Shown one piece after another: positions 20,750 to 31,613 of a stretch of 64,000 bases of DNA. Source of the stretch: Acidobacteriota bacterium (lineage in GTDB: Bacteria; Acidobacteriota; UBA6911). The first letter of the stretch is position 1. Each line of letters starts with the position of its first letter. Under the pieces are notes generated by a model. That model was not told where the DNA came from. It saw only the letters and a program-made list of their open reading frames with translations, and ran no database searches. The position numbers were made by a program, and so were the translations under genes. The stretch spans positions 2,720,001 through 2,784,000 of the forward strand of contig OY761556.1 in NCBI GenBank assembly GCA_963664705.1. Direction: 5' to 3'.

Positions 20750-21634
20750 ATGGATTTGCATAAAAATAAATTAGGATTTTTGGCTTTGCTGTTTGCAGAG
20801 ATGATGTTTGTAGCTCTCGCCACATCCACCGCAGCAGACACACGCTGCAACCGGGAATGCCTGGGCGGTTTCATTTCGAAATACCTGGATGCCATGCTGG
20901 CGCACAATCCAAGCCTTCTTCCGCATTCCGCCAATCTAAAGTTCACGGAAGATTCGGAGCCGATGAAGCTGGGCGAGGGACTCTGGAAAACTGTTTCCGG
21001 AATTCGCCCTTACCGACGTGACGTTCTGGACGTGCCTCAAGCCATCGCCACATCCAAGGTTGTGGTTGAGGAAGCGGGGTCGCCGGTTCTTCTGCAGATA
21101 AGACTGAAAATCGCGGATCAAAAAATAACTGAAGTCGAAACCATGACCGTGCGTACTCAGAAAGAGGGTGCGCTCTTTACACCGGAAACACTGAAGGAAG
21201 CAAAGAAAGAAATGTCTCTTGTGCCGGAACGGGGCCAAATCCCGACGCGCGCGGATATGATTAAAATAGCGGAAACTTATGCCGCCGGCTTGAAGATTGG
21301 AAGTTTTGCCAAGGCGGACGCTCAGTTCGCTTCCGATGCCTACCGTCTCGAGAATGGAGTAACCACCGCCGGAGTCGGCTGTGCCCGTGCGGGATGCGAG
21401 AACATGAGGACACAGCAAATCATAGAACACCCTAAAATCACCTGGCGCACAACAGCGGTGGACGAGGACCTCGGCATCGTTTTAATGCGTTTGGATTTCG
21501 GTGAAACAAGTTCCTATGCAGCAGGCAAATCACTGGTTGTGTGGGAAGAGTTCAAAATATATGGCAGTGCGATGCATGCTGTCGAAGCATTTATGCGCTA
21601 CATGCCCTCCACCAAGGGATCCGGCTGGGAATAA
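20750..21634 (+). CDS. Conserved secreted hypothetical protein (CxRxCL N-terminus)
   Basis: Signal peptide, CNRECL, FTE...GEGLW, EEFKI...VEA, SGW end; GAGG RBS. Confidence 0.8.
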   Translation: MDLHKNKLGFLALLFAEMMFVALATSTAADTRCNRECLGGFISKYLDAMLAHNPSLLPHSANLKFTEDSEPMKLGEGLWKTVSGIRPYRRDVLDVPQAIATSKVVVEEAGSPVLLQIRLKIADQKITEVETMTVRTQKEGALFTPETLKEAKKEMSLVPERGQIPTRADMIKIAETYAAGLKIGSFAKADAQFASDAYRLENGVTTAGVGCARAGCENMRTQQIIEHPKITWRTTAVDEDLGIVLMRLDFGETSSYAAGKSLVVWEEFKIYGSAMHAVEAFMRYMPSTKGSGWE

Positions 21635-21641
21635 GTTCTTT

Positions 21642-21698
21642 GAGCCCTTGAGTCTTTGAGCTTAGCGCTTCTTCAGTAACCTCAAAGACTCAAGGCTC
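21642..21698. terminator. Hairpin between convergent genes
   Basis: CCTTGAGTCTTTGAG / CTCAAAGACTCAAGG perfect 15-bp arms. Confidence 0.65.
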
Positions 21699-21705
21699 GA
21701 AGCCC

Positions 21706-23640
21706 CTATTTGATATACGGGTTGTATTTGATTGCGCCGGTTTTCTGATCACGGGAATAGTGTTTGAAGAAATCCCATGCAAGCCTGGCATACTCGGGAT
21801 AGAGGGCGTGAATCAGATTCTCCGTATAGTTTAGCGCTACCATCGGAACCCCGCTGCCATTATTCAGATACCAGCTATAGTTATCATACTCGTTATTGAG
21901 CCTAGTCCTCTCCAAACGATCCGCCTTGAAGCCGGCTATCGGGTACGTCGCGAAATCATAGGGACCAATCGTCTTCATACCATTGTAGCCAAGAAAGAGA
22001 TTGAGCTGGGTCTGGTACCCGACGGCGATGCTTCCATTAGCTTGATCGAATGCACCCCCCAAATCGAACGAAGAAGTGGTGAACATCACCGGCAAATTAG
22101 CCTTCTTCAGCTGCACGGCCTGTTCCGGGGTAGCGGTATAAGGCGCAGCCGCCATGGGAACCGCGGCTGCAAACACAAAGGGATCGCCATTGATTGCTTT
22201 GAGTGTTCCGGCCCCGCCCATTGAGTAGCCGGTAACATAAACGCGCGATGGATCCAATGCCGGGTAGGTTTTGAGAATGCTCTTAACGAACCGGGGCAGG
22301 ATATTGCACAACAAGCCTTGAAGCGTGGGATCGTTCGTTCTCGAGAAATTCAGAGACTGATGCTCCGGCGCAACCATGGCAAAGCGTTCGGAACCCGCCA
22401 GGTCCAGCAAGCCGATTTCGTCCACAAACACGCGGGGGTCATCTCCGCCTCCATGCATGGCCAGAATCAGCGGCACGGTTCCCGCAGGCGCCGTTCCCTT
22501 CAGCACTTCTTCCGGAAGATATTCAAACCAGGTCTGCAGGTATTCGCCCTCTTTCGACTTAATGTCGCTGAATGCTTCCGAAGTCTTTCGGATTAGGTGG
22601 ATACCGTCTTGCGTCACTCCGCTGATTACGGCATTTCTGCGGCACAATGAATATGGGGCCTCATCGAAGTTGTATCCCTGGTAAGGAGTGGATGCGGAGT
22701 ATAGCCCCTGCTTGATGACGGGCACACGCATCGCTTTAATGAACAGGTTGTAGTAGGCATCTTTTATATATCTGGCGGCATCCGACTTTCCTGTTTCCTT
22801 TGCGACGACAACTCTTTTGAGAGGAAGCGCCTGGTTATAGTGTGTTTCAACGCCGCCGGCGCTTATGTACGCATCGACATCATTGGCCTTTTTATATTTT
22901 GCAACGATTGATTCAGCTGTATTCACGAGATACACGGGAACGAGTGCCGCAACCCCGCGAATGCTATCCATTTTGCCGTTGATCAAAAGCATGCCGGCAA
23001 TGCGGCTTACGTAATCGAAAGTTCCGGCGACATAGTTATTGAGAAATGTTGCGCCGCCGTCCAGGCCGATCACATAGGTATAACCATATCCCCCGAAGTA
23101 CTCTGCATCCGAATAACTTATGGCCGTACTCCCACTTCTTTCAGAAGCCTTTTGGGCCAACATGGCAGTCTGAAGAGCGTAATAATATTTCTGGTCATTT
23201 GCGGTAAAGCCCGCTTTGGGATCCGATGGAGTGACAAGCACGATGCTGCCAACTGCCTGGTCAATGATCTTGGTCAAACCCAAGTCCTTGAGATATGCAA
23301 GCGCGGCATCTTTGCCGGCAAATGATATTTCGGCGAACACCAGAATATTTGTGTTCAGCCTTGCCGCGGCGCGTCCGCCGAACAGATTGGCGGATCGATA
23401 GACATACGTAATCCCTTTGGGATAGTTGTCCAAAACGGGGTGAGACTTGAACGTTTTTCCATTATTGGTTTCCAATGGAGCGACGGCCGCGGGACTGCTA
23501 GCGCGGGTTTCTTCCAAGGTTTCGAAGGTAACCGGATTCCCCTGGCTGCCGGAATAATTCAGCGCAAAAACACGGTAGGAGGGTAGGCAGCTCGCTACCA
23601 GCGCCATAAAAATCGCTAAAAACAACCTCTGCTTGAACAT
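21706..23640 (-). CDS. Large secreted protein with C-terminal PHB-depolymerase-like esterase domain
   Basis: PLILAMHGGG, DPSRVYVTGYSMGG, LIHALYP; paralog of 31614-33548. Confidence 0.85.
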   Translation of the reverse strand: MFKQRLFLAIFMALVASCLPSYRVFALNYSGSQGNPVTFETLEETRASSPAAVAPLETNNGKTFKSHPVLDNYPKGITYVYRSANLFGGRAAARLNTNILVFAEISFAGKDAALAYLKDLGLTKIIDQAVGSIVLVTPSDPKAGFTANDQKYYYALQTAMLAQKASERSGSTAISYSDAEYFGGYGYTYVIGLDGGATFLNNYVAGTFDYVSRIAGMLLINGKMDSIRGVAALVPVYLVNTAESIVAKYKKANDVDAYISAGGVETHYNQALPLKRVVVAKETGKSDAARYIKDAYYNLFIKAMRVPVIKQGLYSASTPYQGYNFDEAPYSLCRRNAVISGVTQDGIHLIRKTSEAFSDIKSKEGEYLQTWFEYLPEEVLKGTAPAGTVPLILAMHGGGDDPRVFVDEIGLLDLAGSERFAMVAPEHQSLNFSRTNDPTLQGLLCNILPRFVKSILKTYPALDPSRVYVTGYSMGGAGTLKAINGDPFVFAAAVPMAAAPYTATPEQAVQLKKANLPVMFTTSSFDLGGAFDQANGSIAVGYQTQLNLFLGYNGMKTIGPYDFATYPIAGFKADRLERTRLNNEYDNYSWYLNNGSGVPMVALNYTENLIHALYPEYARLAWDFFKHYSRDQKTGAIKYNPYIK

Positions 23641-23692
23641 AACCTGATTCTCCAATGGTTGATATAAAAAACAAGAGAAGCACCCGAAAGGA

Positions 23693-23768
23693 GCCTTGGA
23701 GTGCGGCGCCTTGCCGTCTTAAACAGCCGAAAGGCGGTGGCAAGCCACCGCACTCCAAGGGCTTCGCC
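23693..23768. repeat. REP family A copy
   Basis: 43/46 identity of its 3' part with 26001-26046. Confidence 0.8.
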
Positions 23769-23786
23769 TTCTACGAAAAGCTGTGA

Positions 23787-25238
23787 TTACGGCCTTTTGA
23801 AGGTCCAGCGCGATTTATCGCTCTTAAGGTCAAACTTAGCTAAAGTCGGGGTACTGCGGCCCGCTGCCGTCAATACAAACGGTTCCGGGGAACCGGCAAC
23901 CGATTTGGACATGATTCGGAAAGTGCCGTCAGTGAGTTGATCGATACGCCACAGCTGTTCGGGAGCGCCGGAGAATGACGGAACCGTCACAACATCATTG
24001 TCAGCAGTTGCCGATAAAGCGCGATCGGTACCCGCGACTACAATCTTAAAATAGGGCGACCCGGGATAACCGCCGACATCGGCAACCGGCGTGATTGTCC
24101 ATTTTTGATGGGGGCGAGACATGAAGTCGCCGATGCGCAGATCTATGTTGCCGGACGGCCAGTTTGCTTGCACCTGCGCCAGTTCCTGAGGCGGGACCGG
24201 GGCTATCGGTCCGCTGGGCGGGCCGAAACCTCGCATTCCGCCGGGCATTCGCACAAAATCGACCGCCAGTTCAAGAGCAAATCCGCTGCGCTCTGACTGG
24301 ATCTCATAGGTTCCTCCGACAAAGTTGTCGCCGCCTATTGGCCATCCGTCCTTCCAAAGCAGCGGGCGAATGTCCATTACGCTTCGGCCGCTGCGGTCCA
24401 GGTCGGCCTCGTAATGGCAGGAGAATTTCTGTACGTCATCACCAAGGTCCAACAGGCCAAAGTGGCCCGGCCCTACAAAACGGCCGCTCGCGGCTACCAC
24501 CAGTTTGCCGCCCCCCTTAAGCAGTTCAACGCCCATATTATCCACATAGGGGCCGAGCACATTTCTGGAGCGGCCCACGCGGATATTGTAGGTGGAGTTT
24601 GCTCCATCGCAGCAAGTGCCATGTGTTCCGAGCAGATAATACCAGCCATCCCGATACATCATCGCGGTGGCTTCCATATCAATAGCAACGTTGACAGGCT
24701 GATTGCCGGTTATGCGCTTCCCTGTTTTTGGATCGAGTTCCACTAAGCGGATAAATCCAAAGTAGGTCCCATAACTGAGCCACAGGCGGCTGGTGACAGG
24801 ATCGAGCAGGAATGCCGGGTCAATGGCATCGCAGTCTTCGACGCCGTCACTCGAGGCGACGATGTTCTCATCGTGAAATCCAAATTCGGGCGACTTGGGA
24901 TCGAGGCTTTTTGTCCACACGGTTTTGATGTTGCTGGCGTGCCCTCCGGACATACCTCCGCCGCCCACGGCGTAGGTCACGAGATATTGTTCTCCGATTT
25001 TGATGATGTCGGGAGCCACTCCCCCACCGGGACGCACCGCCCCGCTGTGCCAGGTCCAGCCATCTTCAGATATGAGCCCCCCACCGCCGGTGCCGAAAGC
25101 GAAATACTCACCGTTGCTGAATGCAATGGTCGACGGATCGTGGATATAGGGTTCGCCATTCAGAGCGGGCGCCTGCGCGGACACTGGAGAAATCACTGTG
25201 GCCAGTAACATTGCTGTCGCCAGCAAATTTGATTTCAT
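23787..25238 (-). CDS. GH43 glycoside hydrolase (arabinanase-like) with C-terminal ricin-like domain, secreted
   Basis: IHDPS, APD, AIDP, SYGTYFG, MEA, GPGH; QKW/QLW repeats. Confidence 0.9.
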   Translation of the reverse strand: MKSNLLATAMLLATVISPVSAQAPALNGEPYIHDPSTIAFSNGEYFAFGTGGGGLISEDGWTWHSGAVRPGGGVAPDIIKIGEQYLVTYAVGGGGMSGGHASNIKTVWTKSLDPKSPEFGFHDENIVASSDGVEDCDAIDPAFLLDPVTSRLWLSYGTYFGFIRLVELDPKTGKRITGNQPVNVAIDMEATAMMYRDGWYYLLGTHGTCCDGANSTYNIRVGRSRNVLGPYVDNMGVELLKGGGKLVVAASGRFVGPGHFGLLDLGDDVQKFSCHYEADLDRSGRSVMDIRPLLWKDGWPIGGDNFVGGTYEIQSERSGFALELAVDFVRMPGGMRGFGPPSGPIAPVPPQELAQVQANWPSGNIDLRIGDFMSRPHQKWTITPVADVGGYPGSPYFKIVVAGTDRALSATADNDVVTVPSFSGAPEQLWRIDQLTDGTFRIMSKSVAGSPEPFVLTAAGRSTPTLAKFDLKSDKSRWTFKRP

Positions 25239-25278
25239 GAAAACTCCCAAACAAATAATTTTTGATTCGTGAACCACG

Positions 25279-25960
25279 CTATATTCCAGCGCTATCGAGG
25301 CTCACCGTAATATCCTTGATCGGAATTCCATTCTCATCAATAAAGCGGACGCAGAAATCACTCAGGCCAGGACCGTTGATAACAGCCCCATAAATGATAT
25401 TCGAACCCTTTTTCAGGGTGAGTCGTTTAGATACGACATCATCCATGACCATGCGTCGATCGTCAAACAGTGCGACGGCCTCCTTGCCGTTCACCCACCA
25501 GATGGATGCCGAATTGGAACCTGCGGCCAAACGGACACTCTTGATCTCTTGGGGGCTGTTCACTACCGTCGCCACCCAGAAGATGACGCCATAGGTTGGT
25601 TTGTTCAGGCCATAGGCAAAACGAAATAGTTTGACGTTGAAATCAACGGAATCGAGAGCATGCCATGTCAATTCCTGGTTTCCGATCATTACCTTTTCGC
25701 CGTCCCTGGGAATGACAGCGAACTGGTTGGGGAGGCATTCTGAAAAAGCTTTCCGAATGTAAGTTCCAGTGAATACTGTATTGGTGCGGTTGGGCTTGTT
25801 GATCGGTTCAAGCAGCAGCCACCGCTGGATGAATCCATCCTTGTCCGGACTCTTCGGCTTTGAAGTGGCCGGGCTGAAGTATGACGCGACGCTGCGATCG
25901 GGTGTATCCCCGGGAATTGCGAGTTGAAATCCAGTTATCACCAGGACTGCCACTGCAACA
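25279..25960 (-). CDS. Hypothetical carbohydrate-associated protein, probably secreted; true start unclear
   Basis: GFIQRWLLLEPI, AGSNSASIWWVNGKE; upstream part of the ORF is REP-derived and overlaps the preceding gene. Confidence 0.7.
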
Positions 25961-25967
25961 TGCAGTC

Positions 25968-26046
25968 GCTTTGGAATGCAGCAGTTTGCTGCCGCCTTAC
26001 ACAGCCGAATGGCGGTGGCAAGCCACCGTATTCCAAGGGCTTCGCC
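25968..26046. repeat. REP family A copy
   Basis: TTGGAATGCAGC...GGCGGTGGCAAGCCACCGTATTCCAAGGGCTTCGCC. Confidence 0.8.
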
Positions 26047-26050
26047 TGAA

Positions 26051-27904
26051 TCAAACTGAGGTGTAGAGGCCTTTGTAATCTTTATTGTGGGCTTCATAGT
26101 TTTTCTTGAGATCACCCCAGTAAGCATGCGGCATTTCTCCGATCTTCACTTTACCGTCTACCAGCTTAAGCGTGATGAACTTCTTCCATTCAGGCGGATC
26201 CATTTGGGGGTAGTCAATTCTTTGGAAATTCAAATGCCTGCTGCTGGCCTTGCGCGCCAGTGAACCCTCGATAATCAATTGCGAGAACTTGAGTATGTTC
26301 AGATCTTCCAGGCTGCGCAAAAGCTTGTGTGGGTCAAGAGCGTAGAGGCTGGGAACAAAGTCTTTTTCTATTTCCTTGAGCGCATCCAAGCCCATATTAA
26401 GCAGTTTTTCGGTCTTATATTCGCTGCAGAAGTACTGCATCATACGCGCCATTCCCGCATGCAGTTCTTTCCACTCGATTCCTTCTCTCCTTTTAATCGG
26501 AGCATAAACGCGGGCTTTCTCCCGCACAACCTGATCCCTTGATATTGCCGGCCGGCTTGCCTGAGAAGCATAGGCAGCTGCTTTTCTGCCAGCATATCTG
26601 CCGGTAGATGCTGCATAGCCGTGAGCTGCGGGAGCAAACATTTGTTCTCCCGCGGCATACAATCCTTCCAAAGTAGTTCTCAAATCCCAGTCGACCACAA
26701 CGCCGCCTCGGTCATTCATGCTGTCGGGAGAGCGGAAATGGGCCGGCGTGGATCCTTCCAGAAGCGTGTGATTCATCATCAAGTCTTTGGTCGGATCATA
26801 CCCGGCACTCTCAAAAACCCGTCTCATGGCAATTGCCGTCGATTCCTCCCTATATCCCAAATCCCAATTGATCTTCCTCCAGCCCTCTGACATGGCAGGA
26901 AAATCTCCCCAGAAAGGCAAAGAGAGTTCTCCTTTGAGCACCGCATCACGGGCTGCCGCGGTCGATGGCAATGCTCTTCCATTGTCATCGACCGATGGAA
27001 CATTTTCGAAAACTGGATCGTTCCCGGCAGAATCGATTTTATGTTTGTGGCCTGTCCCCAGATAAAGAAGACCTGACTTCTCCGTCAGGGTCAATTCGGC
27101 ACCAGCTCCATAAGCCATCACCGTTCCGTCCCCAGACGCATTGCGCGACCTGAAAGTGGAAATCCCGGCCAACTCTGTATTGAAAACCCAAACGGATCCG
27201 ATTCCGGCTGTGGCCAATACAACTGCCTTCGCCTTGAAAATCATGAATTCGCCTGTTCGCGTATTGATTCCGGTTGCGCCTGCCACCCTGGCACCGTGAA
27301 GACCCTTTTCGTTTAAAAGGCTGGTCCCCGCGATCCTGTCATAAACCTGCACCCCTAAACGCTCGCATTCTTTTTTCAATGCAGGCTTGACCGTCGTTCC
27401 CCAAAAGCGAAGCGAAATACCCTCAGGCTGGTACCTGTCCGCAACGACAATTTTTGTTTTATCGTCCCGTCCCGGAGCGCCAACGAATTCATCATTGGTG
27501 TCCCTCATCTTGGCGCCCATTTTTTCCAATTCCTGAAACGCGTCATAGCCTTCCTGGCATTCGATTGCGTGCCCAATCCCGTTGCTGTAACCGCCCTGAC
27601 TGTCGATAAGGCGCTGGCACTGCACGAATGGATCGACCTTTGCCAACGGACAGGTCATTGGATAGTCCCAGTGATCGCCGCCCGGTCCTCCGGCCCCGCT
27701 TCTCAAAGTAGCCGCCTTTTCGACAAGCGCAACCTTTACTCCCTTTGTCCTGGCCGCACTGAGAGCCGCCCAGCAACCGGCGATGCCGCCGCCGATCACA
27801 AGCACATCCGTCTCGATTTCCTGCTCCTGCTCATATCGTATTTGATAAGGCCACTCCGGAACACGACCGTCATTTTCCATCAATTCATGCCATGAAGAAG
27901 TCAT
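26051..27904 (-). CDS. AprA/SdhA-superfamily FAD-dependent oxidoreductase (AprA-like paralog 1)
   Basis: DVLVIGGGIAG, RSGAGG, KAVVLAT, SGDG, TTLEGLYAAGE, ARKASSR, RIDYP. Confidence 0.9.
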   Translation of the reverse strand: MTSSWHELMENDGRVPEWPYQIRYEQEQEIETDVLVIGGGIAGCWAALSAARTKGVKVALVEKAATLRSGAGGPGGDHWDYPMTCPLAKVDPFVQCQRLIDSQGGYSNGIGHAIECQEGYDAFQELEKMGAKMRDTNDEFVGAPGRDDKTKIVVADRYQPEGISLRFWGTTVKPALKKECERLGVQVYDRIAGTSLLNEKGLHGARVAGATGINTRTGEFMIFKAKAVVLATAGIGSVWVFNTELAGISTFRSRNASGDGTVMAYGAGAELTLTEKSGLLYLGTGHKHKIDSAGNDPVFENVPSVDDNGRALPSTAAARDAVLKGELSLPFWGDFPAMSEGWRKINWDLGYREESTAIAMRRVFESAGYDPTKDLMMNHTLLEGSTPAHFRSPDSMNDRGGVVVDWDLRTTLEGLYAAGEQMFAPAAHGYAASTGRYAGRKAAAYASQASRPAISRDQVVREKARVYAPIKRREGIEWKELHAGMARMMQYFCSEYKTEKLLNMGLDALKEIEKDFVPSLYALDPHKLLRSLEDLNILKFSQLIIEGSLARKASSRHLNFQRIDYPQMDPPEWKKFITLKLVDGKVKIGEMPHAYWGDLKKNYEAHNKDYKGLYTSV

Positions 27905-27979
27905 GGTTCATTCTCCCTCCGAGCTCCATTCGGTGTGGATGCCAGATATTCGGCTAATAGATCCAGAACCGGCTGCGAA

Positions 27980-28393
27980 TCAGACCCTAAATATTTCCCC
28001 GGTTGCTTTGCGTTTATAAAATCCTCTCTGTTGAAGCGGCCAATTAAATTTTATGGCGCCCTGCGTTCGACGAGGACACTCATTCACACAGCAGCCGCAA
28101 TACCAGCACTCATCCGGGTGCAAAGTAATCGGAGGCTTTCCCTTTATGGGATTGGGCACATACACATCAATCTGGCATATGTTGACGCATGTATTGCAGC
28201 CGTTGCAGATTTCGGCATTTCGGATGACGGGCCTGTTCGGCGTGGATATGTTGGGTAATATGTACACCTTGTCTTTCTTGTCTTCCGCTCCCTTAAGAAC
28301 CTCGCCGGCCCCTTCGAGCGTTGCCGCGGCACCGGCAACAGCTCCCGCCTTCAAAAATTCTCTGCGTTTCATTGCTGTGCTTTTCTTTTTCAT
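27980..28393 (-). CDS. AprB-like 2[4Fe-4S] ferredoxin with twin-arginine leader
   Basis: CNGCNTCVNIC and CWYCGCCVNECP; KRREFLK plus hydrophobic stretch. Confidence 0.88.
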   Translation of the reverse strand: MKKKSTAMKRREFLKAGAVAGAAATLEGAGEVLKGAEDKKDKVYILPNISTPNRPVIRNAEICNGCNTCVNICQIDVYVPNPIKGKPPITLHPDECWYCGCCVNECPRRTQGAIKFNWPLQQRGFYKRKATGEIFRV

Positions 28394-28595
28394 TTTCGTT
28401 CATCCGCAAATAATCCGAGCCTTGGAAGCCTCAAAGAAACCCAAGCTCGATAATTGATTTGAACCTCATTGCAGCAATAACTGAGTTATCGGCTTCCATA
28501 ATCTCTATGGAGGAGCCAATTGGGTTTAAGTGGAGAGGGAGAGCCAATCTCCCGCCAGCCAAACTATCGGCCTGTTCACAAGTTGTCAAGAAATA

Positions 28596-28613
28596 TGTCA
28601 CATATCTGTGACA
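28596..28613. promoter_or_regulatory. Operator copy 3 with minus-strand promoter (TTGACA 28584-28589, 17 bp, TAGTTT 28561-28566)
   Basis: TGTCACATATCTGTGACA; 28583-28613 matches 7542-7572 at 30/31 nt. Confidence 0.85.
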
Positions 28614-28619
28614 CCTTTT

Positions 28620-30143
28620 TTACAATTGATTGTTCCTGGAATACTGTCGGATCAGAAACTCCATGATACTGTCCGGGCCCTTGTTGCTGGCATATGCGCA
28701 GTCATAGAAACACATTTTGTTGGGGTCGTTTTCCGTAAAGGGTTTCCACACGGGCATATCAGACCCATCAGCATCTTTGCCGTTGGGATCGCCAGAACGG
28801 ATGAAATTAGCCCAGTAATTGCACATTGTACGTGCAAGATCGTAGTGCTTGCCGACAAAAGGTCTCCAACACTTAGCCAGCGTCTCAAAAAAGAACCAGA
28901 GGTCCACGGAGTGGAAAGCGCCTGGATTATCCCAACCAGGAATCTCCGGATTGAAGATCCAGTAGTATATCGGTGTCTTTTCGGCCGTCCTGGCTTTTGC
29001 CTTGCCGAAAAGTCTGATCGAATACTCCAGGTAGCTGACACTGGCTTTATGAAGCATTTCCATAATGCTTCCGTTATACGATGCACAAAGCTTAAGAAAT
29101 TCGCCGGATTCGTCACCATAAGCTTCCTGCGCAAACGCTTTGAATGCTTCCGCTGACTTGACCTTGGGCCGGTCGGGAAATTCGGTAGCCGTATGGCCGA
29201 GCATCATGGGAACCAGTTGACATCTGTTTTCCATGAAAAGCTTGTTGGCATCACCGACAATAAACTTGCCATCGATTACCGGACCCCAGAATGCTTTATA
29301 TTCCACCATCTTGTCTCTGAGGAAGACCGCATCCAACCGGCGAGCTTCCGCAAGGGAGGATACGCCCAGAATTTTAAAGAACTCTACGCCGTCTTGCTCA
29401 GCCTCGGTTAAATCCTTTTCACGGTGAAAAAAGCCTCCAGGGTAAGCCGTTATCGTCAGGCCGGAATCGACAATGGCTTTCTGAAAAAGTCCGGCATTCT
29501 GTGGCGACGTCACCTGGGCCATGACGCTGCCTCCTCCCGCAGATTGTCCCCCAATCGTAATGTTATCGGGGTCTCCGCCAAAGGCGGCGATATTCCGTTT
29601 CACCCATCGGGTCCCGAACTGTTGGTCCAGGTGTCCGAAATTTGCAGGGGCTCCGGGACTTTCCGCTGTGATCTCCGGGTGGCAGAGGAACCCAAAGGCA
29701 TTCAGCCGGTAATTGAGAGTGACTACCACAATGCCTCGTCTGGCAATGCGCTCGCCGTCAAATTCCATTTCTGCGGTGTTGCCTTCCTGGAGTCCGCCGC
29801 CGAAATACCACACGAAAACAGGAAGTTTTTCGTTGGCGCTTTTTGCAGGCGTCCAAACATTGAGATGCAAGGAATCCTCATCCATTGCGATGGACGTATC
29901 TACATTCCATTCTCTTGAATAAATGTTTTCCGGGTCCTCTCCGGGAATGTGCTGCATAGAAATCGGAGCGAAATTATATGCCTTCAGAACTCCTTCCCAA
30001 TTGTATGCGGGCTGAGGAGCTCGCCAGCGGTTGCGGCCGACAGGAGGTGCGGCAAAGGGAATCCCTTTGAAGGAGGTGATACGCGGATCAGCAGCCGGCA
30101 AACCTTCAATGGGGCCGTTCTCGACAACAACGCTTCTTAGCAT
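28620..30143 (-). CDS. Cytoplasmic type-B carboxylesterase (PnbA-like)
   Basis: GIPFAAPPVG, EDSLHLNVW, GQSAGG, GAFHSVDL; AAGGAG RBS. Confidence 0.93.
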   Translation of the reverse strand: MLRSVVVENGPIEGLPAADPRITSFKGIPFAAPPVGRNRWRAPQPAYNWEGVLKAYNFAPISMQHIPGEDPENIYSREWNVDTSIAMDEDSLHLNVWTPAKSANEKLPVFVWYFGGGLQEGNTAEMEFDGERIARRGIVVVTLNYRLNAFGFLCHPEITAESPGAPANFGHLDQQFGTRWVKRNIAAFGGDPDNITIGGQSAGGGSVMAQVTSPQNAGLFQKAIVDSGLTITAYPGGFFHREKDLTEAEQDGVEFFKILGVSSLAEARRLDAVFLRDKMVEYKAFWGPVIDGKFIVGDANKLFMENRCQLVPMMLGHTATEFPDRPKVKSAEAFKAFAQEAYGDESGEFLKLCASYNGSIMEMLHKASVSYLEYSIRLFGKAKARTAEKTPIYYWIFNPEIPGWDNPGAFHSVDLWFFFETLAKCWRPFVGKHYDLARTMCNYWANFIRSGDPNGKDADGSDMPVWKPFTENDPNKMCFYDCAYASNKGPDSIMEFLIRQYSRNNQL

Positions 30144-30249
30144 ACGATTCTCCTTAGAAAACAATGGGTTCAGTGGCGGGAGCGCCGGCGCTCCCATAGA
30201 CGCCCGTTTCGTATTAGATTTAAAATTATGGCACAACAGGAGAGGATGA

Positions 30250-30267
30250 TGTCATAATTATGTGACA
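30250..30267. promoter_or_regulatory. Operator copy 4
   Basis: TGTCATAATTATGTGACA between divergent esterase genes. Confidence 0.75.
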
Positions 30268-30334
30268 TACTTTTACTTTTGCAAAAGTACACTTGCGCGA
30301 GTCTAGGATTGTTGCACCCATATATCGGCAGTAG

Positions 30335-31516
<1,182 letters not shown>

Positions 31517-31535
31517 ACCTGGACGCCCAAGCTAT

Positions 31536-31586
31536 CCGCTGACTTACGCTGACATATTCAATTCGTGCATCAGCGTAGGTCAGCGG
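31536..31586. terminator. Hairpin between convergent genes (terminator or REP-like)
   Basis: CCGCTGACTTACGCTGA / TCAGCGTAGGTCAGCGG. Confidence 0.6.
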
Positions 31587-31613
31587 CTCCTATTTTCCCA
31601 GCCTTAGGACCAG

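Noticed and set aside
12185-26046. Repeats as a CRISPR array
   Set aside because: Copies are kilobases apart with no regular spacers and no cas genes.
28394-28560. Structured leader (hairpin near 28491-28518) as a riboswitch
   Set aside because: No recognisable aptamer consensus by eye; needs an Rfam scan.
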